Assembly: GCF_964355755.1 (NCBI RefSeq)
Contig: NC_092671.1
Coordinates: 39,442,304-39,506,303 of the forward strand
Reading direction: 5' to 3'
DNA from: Antedon mediterranea
Lineage: Eukaryota > Animalia > Echinodermata
DNA: 64,000 nt
Each line of letters starts with the position of its first letter. Within the stretch, counting starts at the first letter, position 1. Below the pieces are notes generated by a model that was given only the letters and a program-made list of their open reading frames with translations, was not told where the DNA came from and made no database searches. The position numbers and the translations under genes were made by a program. This document shows, piece after piece, positions 14,869 through 25,163 of the stretch.

Positions 14869-15543
14869 TTAAAGTATATAACTGTAATTGGAGTGCTCCA
14901 AGACTATTTTTATTATAAATACAGAAAGGAAAAAAATTGAAGTGAAGGTTCATATACAATACGTTACGTTACGTTGAGGATTCGTTGTTTATTTAAATAA
15001 AAGTGAGTATCGGTTATTATATTATGCTACCTGACGCCACGTCAAATCAGTAATTTTTATTCCTTCTGACGTCATCTATTTCCTTGTCCTTTTACACCAT
15101 ACTAAAAAAAAGGTCCGCAAATGTAGTTCTACATTTCTCATACAATGTGTGTAGTAAACAGATTGTTCTTATATAATTTGTTCAAGGTAGGTCAAGTAAG
15201 TTCTTTGCTATTTATCCTAATTTGATATTGCTTGCGGTTTCAACATCCGTGTAAGGCTCCTTTCTTTGTACAAACAACATGTGAATACCATGTGAATTGG
15301 CGTGATAATATATTAATTTTATGAATGAACAAATTAGCCACGCCCCTCCAGATTGCGCGCTACTTTATAGGACACAAAGGAAGAACTTATGTTTTCTTAT
15401 CCAATGAAACGTCTTTATTTATAATGTTTATTCATATTGTTAAGTGAAGCATGACTTTGGTTGTGTATACGTACCTTCACTGTGTGTAAAAGATCAGCAT
15501 TGATGTAATAGTTTTGACAAAACATAAACAGTAAAAAAGCAGG

Positions 15544-18500
15544 ATGGAATCTCAACAGCAATCAACAGAAACAAATGAAGTTATATTGGAGGTTTTGCCC
15601 ATCAAGGTATCTTACTTTTGCATCAATTATTCTTTGAATTGACCTTCACAGAAATCTAGGTAGGCCGTCTAGCCTAGCCTATACTAGGCTAGTGAGATAG
15701 TAGGTAGGATTATTGAGCGCCAATTTTGAATTCGCGCGTAAAATAATGCCTGTCAACACAGTGTCACTGCCGCCGATGATTATTAGGCCTCCTAGCGGCT
15801 AGCCTCCTTAGTAGTAGTGTTATATATGAGGCTATCGGCTATGTAGTAGCTATAGTACGTCATTAGTAGTTTCTAAATCTGTCATCATAAGATGACATTT
15901 AATTTAGGAGTACTTTTTTTTACGGTAAGGAACTTTGGAAGGGTATACTATTATTGAATTGAAGAAAAAAGTAATACAAAAAGGGCTAAAAACAAGATAT
16001 GGGATGGTCCAGATCTAATAATATATGTCTAGTTAGTACTATAGTAGGCCTAGCCCTAGGCTAGATATGCAAATCATGGAGGTAAAAATAAATATATATT
16101 ATAAAATTATAAATTGTTGCCTCCTGAATAAACCTACACGGTATATTAAACATACAAAAAACATAATTGTATAAGATGTGTAAAGTTCAATTTGTATATT
16201 TAGGATAGGCCTGTCTTAATATTAATAATAAATAAATAATACCGTAAGTAAAAAAAAAAAATTGAATGAACCCACATAAGAAAAAAAAAGTTAAATGAAA
16301 CTTTGATGGGTTATACTGTAGATGCAAAAAAGGATAATCTGTTGGAAATAAATTTTGTAAACATTTACAGATCAAAAAAGTCAATGTTAAAGGATGAGGA
16401 AAATATAATGTTAACAGTAAAAAGTTAGTAAGTAATTAGCATAGATAAATCCAAAGAAAAATAAAATGGGACAAACCCATGGGATGGATTTATTCAACAT
16501 AACGTATTATAATTGTATGAAATAAATATGCACGTAGATGAAAAAAAAAAAAAACAACTATGTAAGAAAAAATAAGCTTTGTTAAAGAAAATTTGTTATA
16601 GATAATATGTATAAAAAGAGGAAACTATGTAATCAATGTGGTTAAATGATAATGTATGTATAAACAAAATAATATATGGAAATAGTTTTTTTTTTTAAAG
16701 AAAATAAGTAAAAAAAAAAGTGGAATGAATCCACATAAGAGAAGAAAGTAAAATTTAAGAAGTTATAGATGCAAAAAAAGGATAATCTGCTGGAAATAAA
16801 AGTTTTGTAAACATTAAAAAACAAAAATATTAATATTAATGTTAAAGGATGAGAACAATATTATGTTAACAGTAAACACTACACACTCACAATAGAGATT
16901 ATAAAACCATATTAAGTAACCGTGTTTCTCTTCTTTATCTACAGGTACCTCAAGACCAGGTGACGAAAAAATGCGCGCGAAACGATGATCCATGGGAGCT
17001 ACTGGAATACAAAAACAAAACGACGCCATGGCACCGTAAGTAATCATTGAATAATTAGTATTAATTAAAATGTAATAATAACAATGCTGTACATATAAAA
17101 TAATTATTCATTACTAATTAAATTAACAACATTATTAATCATAGTGAGATGATTAAAAATGTTCATCTGGTTTGTAGGTATAAGTAGGCCTATATTGAAA
17201 ATATTCTTTTTTCCAAACCAATAATTAGTAAAAACTAACCTTGACAGTTTCGCTGTCCTGATCGGACAGACGATCATTATTTCTGAAGAAGCTGTCCGAT
17301 CAGGACAGCGAAACTGTCAAGGTTAGTTTTTACTAATTATTGGTTTGGAAAAAAGAATATTTTCAATATAATCATAGTGAGATTAGTTTTAAAATGTAAA
17401 AATAAAAATGTAATGCTGTACAAATTATTATCATTACTAAAATTTATATAACAAATGATTGTTAGACCTAAAGTCCGTATAATTTATGTTTACTGTTCAC
17501 TGTACCCCTTTGCCGTTATTTTAAATCGTAATTTCCATACATATTTTTTCGATTTATGTATATTACATTACAGTATTTCTAAAAGTATTAATTTAAAAAA
17601 AACAATAATGTTAAGAACTTGTAGAAAATATGTTTGTTTAGATTAAATAAAGACTTAAAAGGAGACGAACTTTAAAGCTCTGTCTACACTATCAAACTAG
17701 TTTATATTAGTGATATATCCAAATATGGTAGTAATATGACATCATCATCATTCATGTCCATATATGGGCACATCATACTTTTTTGTTTTGTCACATAAAG
17801 CTTAAGACAAAAAGTAGTAATTAAAATTATTACTAAAATGATGAATTACTATGAATTAATATTCCAAACAATTACTACCAGATAAATGTATTTAATACAA
17901 TAATTGAATGAACAGTTTTATTATAAATGGATATGATTTAACAGTCGAGTAAACATTTCATAGTTTTTCCAGGGAATAGTGAAATTACATTTTTCAGCGT
18001 AATAAGATTATAATGACAGAAATCGTGTTGTCCCGAAACAGCCGAGCAGTATACAATACCATTTAGATTGTGAACTAGCGGACAGGTCACTAGTTTGAAC
18101 CGTAGCATTTTCCTGGATTCTTAGAAAAGAAAGTAGCATGTATTATGACGTCATAGCATCGCTGGCTACCTGGAAAGTCATGAACGGGCAGTGTACGGCC
18201 CGACTACAGATTTTGTTTAAATAAAACCCCAAGAATTCTAGATTCCTCTAGTATCCATATAACTACCATTTTAAAACACACACTGTTGTTTTGAACAGAA
18301 ATCGTGTTGTGCCGATAACAGCCGAGTATATAATACCCTTTACTGATTGTGAACTAGCGGACAGGTCAGCGGACAGGTCACTAGTTTGAACCGTAGCATT
18401 TTCCTGGATTCTTAGAAAAGAAAGTAGCGTGAATTGTGACATCCGGGTTTTGCGCGCTACCTGGAAAGTCATGAACGGGCAGTGTTCGGCCCTACAGATT

Positions 18501-21500
18501 TAATTAAAAAAAATAACCGATTCTATTTCTCCAGTATTTTAAAACACACACACTGTTTATGCTTCATTAAAATGTTCGAAAGTATTGAAGTCTATGCCCA
18601 CCTTAAAGTCCTTTAAATAGTGTAAATTTATGATTTTTACGAATAAATACATCTTTTTTAGGAATAGGCCTACCTGTAAAAAAGTTATTTCTGTTAAAAA
18701 AGCCTTTTATTCGATCCGATAGTCATTAACAAAAAATATACCATGTTTCGACGATTTAACAGTCTAAAGAAATTCAAATCCGTGCCTTCTATAAAAAACC
18801 ATATTGATTCATTTAAATTTGTTAACCTTTTTATATATTTTTTTAAATGTTTTGATAAATTATCGTATTATGTTCACATGTTCGGCACATGATATAGTAC
18901 ATCAGTATACGAATTAGATGTAGTGAGGAGCTGTGACGTAAGATGTTGTTATGTGTTTAAGGCGTTTAATATCGTGCATGCAAATACCTATTGTGACGGA
19001 TGTAAGGTTATGAACGAAGAGCAGTTGTAACGAGGGTGATTAAAGATGGTTCAACTCTTATTTGTAGTTTCTTTAAAATGTTTTGGTTGATTTTGAATTC
19101 ACCAACATGGCAATATTGGTGGAAATTATAAAGCGATGATAAACTTAATACGTTAAATTAAGAGATTTTCACCGGAAATGAATAAAACTTGAAGACGTTT
19201 TAATGACGTCATCTCGTACCTGTTTCGCCGTCAGCGTTTTCTTAGTAGATGAAATTAATTCAACTCCAATTTATGTTGCACTACCATGATAGATAAATTA
19301 CCATTATTTAACATTGTAAACATTCTGTATCATGTTATTTATCCATAATATTTATAAGCGTATTATTTTAATAGTGATGTTTGAGCTGGTTTTCGTGTCT
19401 TGTCAACCAGTTGGGTCCAAATTTGTCCGTTCCTTATGTTCATTCGGTCGACAGTCATAGTATAGTCATGTTATCTTTATTTTGTCCATTAAAAAAAAAA
19501 CTGAAATTTTAAAAACTGGCATATCATCAGTACCGTATTATAAAAAAAAAATAAAAAAAAAAATATTTAATATAGGGTTTGGCATCGCTATAGAAACTCA
19601 ATATACGTAAGTTGGCGAATCCACTAACGTGAAATAGTTGAAAAAAGTGCTGAATTTTTTTCAGCAATAAAGCGATCCCCACTTCTTTTTTTCTCTCATG
19701 GTTCATGCCTATGTTTTTTTCCTTTTTTTGCATATTGTATGTAAATCAAAATGTAAACCAACCAATCAAAGTTCATTTGTACCTAGTTGTTTAAATTACA
19801 ATCCTATCGTATGTATTTCTATTAAAAATCAAAAAAATCATTCATTTGTTTGTGTTTTTTTTCCAGAGTTGAACAGATCCGGAAAAATAAAACGTGTGTC
19901 GCTATATTTCCTCAAGCCAATCGCCGTAATATTTCTCCTATATACGTTCATCTGTTCGCTAAGCATTATGGGAGATGCCTTCAAACTCCTAGGTGGGAAA
20001 ACTGCCGGGAAAGCCCTGAGCGAGAATGAACTTCTTAACAACCCCATTTGTGGGCTTATGATCGGAATATTGGTGACTGTATTGGTTCAAAGTTCAAGTA
20101 CATCAACGTCAGTTGTCGTTACCATGGTAGCTGCTGGACGTAAGTAATTATGTTGCTTTAGTATTTAAAAAAAAAGTATACATGTTTTACTAATGATGTT
20201 ATCAACCATAAATCTATTAATTTCATTACCATAATAAACCAGTGGCTAATACGGTTTATCGCAAATAGCTTGAATTCACGAGGAACTTCACAATGCATGA
20301 TGGGAAGGGTTTGGGAGCAAACGTTACGACGACGCGTACGTACAAACAACAAATCATGTACGTACGCGTCGTGACGTTTGCTCCCCAGCCCTTCCCATCA
20401 TGCGTCAGGCACGCTATTTGCGATAAACCTTATGGAACAACAGGTGTTATAACGAATGAATAAAACTAGAGTGTTCACATGTTGATATCGTGTTGTGACG
20501 TATTGCAAGTTTGATGCTTATGATTAATATGAAATTGTTTCATAACGTCGCATGCAAATAACACATCCCTCCTCCATTTCAAACCATTAATCAAAGATGA
20601 TGATCAGCCTCCAGTAAGTTGACATAAGTGTTCACAAACCCACGCAATTGTATCGTGTAAACCAAATTGCTTTTCTAATTTTTGTTCTGCATTCGTGTAT
20701 ACGCCAGACTTAATATATTGACGTCTGCAATGGCCTAATTACGATTTGATTGTCCTGTGAATAAACATATAATACACAGTGTGCTATTCTGTTTGCATTT
20801 GTAATTAGGGAGAGAACGTAGATGATTAATTTTAATAAACATTTCTGATCTAAAAATAAACACTACTGTAATATTAATAACAATCGAAGGAAATGGAGAA
20901 TTGATATGAGGTGTAATCAATAGTTATAATCAATGCTTTGGTCTAATCAATGTATAGGTCTAATCAATGGTTATAATCAATGTGTAGGTCTAACCAATGA
21001 TTGGTCTAATCAATGGGTTGGTCTAAACTCTAATCAATGGTTTGGTGTAATCAATGCTTGGTCTAATCAACGGGTTGGTCTAATCAACGGGTTGGTCTAA
21101 TCAATGGGTCGGTCTAATCAAGGTGTAGATCTAATCAATGTGTAGGTCTAATCATTGGATTGGTCTAATCATTGGATTGGTCTAATCAACGTATGTTCTT
21201 CTTTCAGTGTTGAGTGTCCAACCTGCGATCTACATCGTGATGGGAGCTAACATCGGTACGTCAGTCACCAACACTATCGTATCGATGGCTCAGTCGAAAC
21301 AACGTGATGAGTTCCGACGTGCGTTTGGTGGTGCTACCGTCCACGACATGTTCAACTGGTTAGCTGTTATAATATTCCTACCGTTAGAGGCAATAACTCA
21401 CTTTCTATTCCATATTTCGAGCTGGATCGTCGATAGTTTTAATGTACAAGTCAATGAAAATGCGGAGGTGGAGTTGTTAAAGGTGCTGACGAAACCAATT

Positions 21501-23562
21501 ACTAAAAAGATTATTCAGGTGAGACAGGAACCACTTAGGCCTAATGCAGGTTGTGTTTATTACCACTGTTATTGTTAATACCGTATTTATTCGAATAAAC
21601 GCCCGGCTTTGAATAAACGCCCGGCTTTGAATAAACGCCCGGCTTTGAATAAACGCCCGGCTTTGAATAAACGCCCCCTGAAATAAACGCTCCGCTACTT
21701 GCATTATATACACACTTTTCTATTTATAGTATAATTCATTGATTGACATAATCTACAATTTACCAAGCTTTTTGATTGATTGTTACTGTCACTTCTCGAT
21801 ATTAATTGTGTTATATTTTTTCATGTCTAGGGGGTGTATTTATTTGATTATACATATGTTACCATATAAATAGAAGTGTGTTCCCCTTACTGGAGGTTTA
21901 AAGTAAAATTTATTTTTACACCCAGGTAAACAAAAATATAATTACTGACTTAGCGAAGGGCAACGAAGATGCTGTATCGGAGAGCATGATCAAATCGATA
22001 TGCGACAAGAAAGAGGTAATAGTCCCTAGCGTTATGACGTCACTTGAAAACGTTACGGTTGCTGAAAATGGTACAATCTGGGACACGGCCGTCAGGAATG
22101 TTACTAGCATGGTTAATGTTACCTTAGTGGATGGGGCAAAGTGTAAGTGATGTTTTGAAAAGTTTCTGAATGTTTCTGAAAACGCCTGTCCCCTAATTTG
22201 AACCCAATCCTCCGTAGCTAGCAATCACAAGACGGCATACAGTATTTGCGTTATGATATAAGGTTATCGCAAATAGATTTCGCGAGGAACGTCATTGTAC
22301 AATGCATGATGAGAATGGTTTGGGAGTAACGTCACGATGCGTACGTACAAACAACAAATCACGTACGTACGCATCGTGACGTTTGCTCCCAAACCCTTCC
22401 CACCATGCGCGCACGCTATTTGCGATAAACCCAGAAAGTTGTAATAAGGATAATGGATAAACCTTATTGTGACAAATTCAAATAGACTACGAACTAATTT
22501 TCTACAATAATGACCAATATATATCCTTTCTTTCCCAACTTAATACGATGTATCGTCTGTTTATGAATGTAAAACTAAGTTATATTTCTTCTTTTTTTTG
22601 TAGGTCATCATTTGTTCTCTGACACGAGTCTTTCCGATTCGACAGTCGGCGCCATTTTGCTACTATTTTCTTTATTTCTTCTATGCACATGTTTGATCCT
22701 CTTGGTCAAGATTCTTCAGTCAATGATGATGGGTAAAATGGCCGAACTCGTCCGCAAAAACATCAACGCCGACTTTCCGAAGCCTTTCGCCTTCCTTACT
22801 GGTTACGTGGCTATCATCGTCGGGGCTGGGATGACCTTCTTAGTGCAAAGCAGTTCCGTATTTACTTCAACTATAACGCCACTTGTGGGTATGGGGTTGA
22901 TATCACTCGATAGAATGTACCCTCTAACACTCGGTGCCAATATTGGTACAACCGCTACTGGTATATTAGCCGCGTTGGCCAGTGGTAGTGATAAATTCCA
23001 GAGTGCATTACAAATTGCTCTTTGTCATCTACTATTCAATATATGTGGTATTCTAGTCTGGTACCCCGTCCCTATTATGAGGAGAACCCCGATTAAGTTA
23101 GCCAAGCATCTCGGTAACACAACTGCAAAATATCGTTGGTTCGCCATATTCTACCTGTTGATGATGTTTTTCATGCTACCTGGGGCCGTTTTCGGATTAA
23201 CCCTTGCCGGCCCTATGTACCTTGCTGGGTTTGGTATATCGTTTCTTGTAATAATAACACTAATAATCGTTATTAATATACTACAAAGCAAATGTCCAAC
23301 TGTTCTTCCAAAACTGCTACAAAATTGGAACTTCCTACCGGTATGGATGCGATCGTTACAACCGATTGATAATCTTATTACTAAGTCGTTATCGGTTTTC
23401 AAACGGTGTTGTCCATGTAGGCCGGCTATAAACGAACAACGCCCATATGCACCCGTAGAACGAGTCGATACTGCTACTCTTACAAATGAACAACGTCCAT
23501 ATACACCCGTAGAACAAGTCGATACTGCTGCTGTTACTTCATTGAATGGTACAATGGTTTAG
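15544..23562 (+). CDS. SLC34A: SLC34/NaPi-II cotransporter, paralogue 3 (6 coding exons, ~637 aa)
   Basis: Exons 15544-15606, 16945-17035, 19867-20139, 21208-21518, 21926-22142, 22604-23562. Same phases and same 273/311-nt exons as the other copies. The DPW...TPW motif of exon 2 is conserved. Confidence 0.92.
16180..16880. repeat. Diverged local duplication in intron 1 of paralogue 3
   Basis: The block gaatgaa.ccacataag...gatgcaaaaaaggataatctg.tggaaataaa...aatgttaaaggatgag...atgttaacagtaaa occurs at ~16260-16420 and ~16720-16876. Confidence 0.75.
17191..17370. repeat. Perfect 79-bp inverted repeat with a 22-bp spacer (probable Penelope-like pLTR remnant)
   Basis: 17191-17269 is the exact reverse complement of 17292-17370. 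Confidence 0.9.
17283..17322 (+). ncRNA. Minimal hammerhead ribozyme core (Penelope-type)
   Basis: CTGAAGA-A-[GCTGTCC gatca GGACAGC]-GAAAC-T-GTC: both conserved core boxes, a 7-bp stem II and a GUC triplet. Stems I and III are very short. Confidence 0.6.
17676..17803. mobile_element. MITE family A copy
   Basis: Begins agctctgtctacactatcaaactagttt; the right TIR is partly deleted. Confidence 0.8.
18017..18560. repeat. Tandem duplication, 2 x ~280 bp
   Basis: cagaaatcgtgttgt...gattgtgaactagcggacaggtca...ctacctggaaagtcatgaacgggcagtgt starts at both 18017 and 18296. Confidence 0.9.
20253..20430. mobile_element. MITE family C (~180 bp); further copies at 22261-22431 and 27071-27249 (inverted)
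   Basis: TIR ggtttatcgcaaatag / ctatttgcgataaacc and a long internal palindrome around cgtacgtacaaacaacaaatcatgtacgtacg; three copies in the window. Confidence 0.85.
20910..21190. repeat. 17-bp minisatellite (ggtctaatcaatgggtt)n, ~17 degenerate units
   Basis: Direct inspection; ends 17 nt before the exon-4 acceptor (AG at 21206-21207). Confidence 0.9.
21579..21850. mobile_element. Tc1/mariner-pogo-like MITE remnant with 18-bp subterminal repeats
   Basis: Starts taccgtatttattcgaataaacgccc, followed by ~4-5 copies of ctttgaataaacgcccgg. A degraded right end (gggggtgtatttatttgatta) lies at ~21830-21850. Confidence 0.55.
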
Positions 23563-24717
23563 CCGCCTTACCGGTATGTCCTAATGTGCTATATCTTTTT
23601 AGTTTGATGTTTGTGACACACATATTGAGACATTACTATGTGTTAGCCTCAAATATTTTATTCTTAACTCAGGTTACTTATTTATGTTTTAATTTAAAAT
23701 TAATGATCTGAAGGGATTTTTAATTAGCGAATTCTGAATAGACCTACTATATTTTATTGCATTTTGTTTATATCGTAATGATTTATACATGCTGTTATCT
23801 GAACTATAGAAAGATGTTTAAGATAAGATTGTGAGCCAGTTGTTGACTTGTACCGTACTATAACTTCTCTTTCTTCGTACCCATAGATTTTGTTTTATCG
23901 CGATAGAAATGCATCACCATTTTTATCCGTTTAACGCATAGCATGCGTATTTCAAAAGTACGGTACGTAGTGTGTAAGAACCGTCCGTGCGCATTAATAT
24001 TAGTATAGTTTATTACACAGGAACTATTTTGCTGCCAATCTTGACAGTACTACGTGTGCCTATTATGTCCAGTATTTTACCTTTGATAAAGTAGTCGAAG
24101 AAGGGATTGGGGTGGGAAAAGTAGGGGGTGGGGGGGGGGGGAGTGGTTGTTTGACGCTCATAGAGGAAATGTAATAATGTAGTAATTATTAATTCCTCGT
24201 GGTTTTAATATAATATTATTAGTTCAGCTGTTGTTTAAGTTACTATAGTTAAAAATATAGCTTTTTTTGGTTTAAAAAAAATATTATAGCTAGTATAATA
24301 CATGGATGATAATATAAAAAAAATACATATAATATAAAAAAGTTGTTATTCAGATTGTGACTGAAAGCATGTTTTAATTCTAAAAAAAGTGTTCTTAACT
24401 GAAAGTGATTGATTCAGTGTTTATATATCTCGTATCGAGGTGTTGCTGTATATGATAATTTATACAATAAAAAGACCAAAAGATGAGATATTATGTGTGT
24501 TTTTAATTTTGTTTACGTTCCCGACTTGTAAGGATAATTGATTCATCGGTGATGATGAAAGATACTGAATGAAGAAATTATTCATGGTGATGATATTGAT
24601 TATGACTAGGCCTATTCCATATATTTAACCACTTGTTCTTGTGACGTTTCTCTTTAAACGCATATCTCATTATCTCCTATTTATGGGAGAAAATACTGTA
24701 GCTTGTACTTCAGTTAA

Positions 24718-25027
24718 AGGTATTGTACACCAAAAACACAAAAAATGAAGATTAATAAAATCAGACTTTGAATAGGCAATTTTTAGTTTTAACAAAGTTT
24801 AAAAAAAAACAGAAAAAAGTAACGTTTCAGTTATCCAAAACCCCATTGATTGGCTGACAGCCAATTTGACTATGTTTTTCCTTTACAGTTTTTTCAGGTA
24901 AAAGTTTTGGTCCAATTTTTGGTCAAAGTGAATAACTATTATGTGACATTGAAATGGCATCCTATTAAAAAAAAATAAAAAAATTAAACAATTTTTTTTT
25001 CTGTGGGGGGAGGGGGACAATACATCT
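24718..25027. mobile_element. Kolobok-like MITE (~310 bp) just upstream of PPCS
   Basis: TTAA at 24714-24717 and 25028-25031; TIR aggtattgtacacc / ggggacaatacatct with AG...CT termini. Confidence 0.6.
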
Positions 25028-25163
25028 TTAATGTTCCAAAAACGGTACGAAACATGCGCAGAGATATCCGCAAAAAGGATATCGGCATCATGCAATGCAA
25101 CCGGACGAAACCAACAACAAAAACAAAATCAGCAGAGCAGCAGCAGAGACGAACGTCGATGGA

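Noticed and set aside
24103-24145. G-rich tracts with G-quadruplex potential (also 61838-61900)
   Set aside because: Simple low-complexity runs with nothing in the sequence indicating function.
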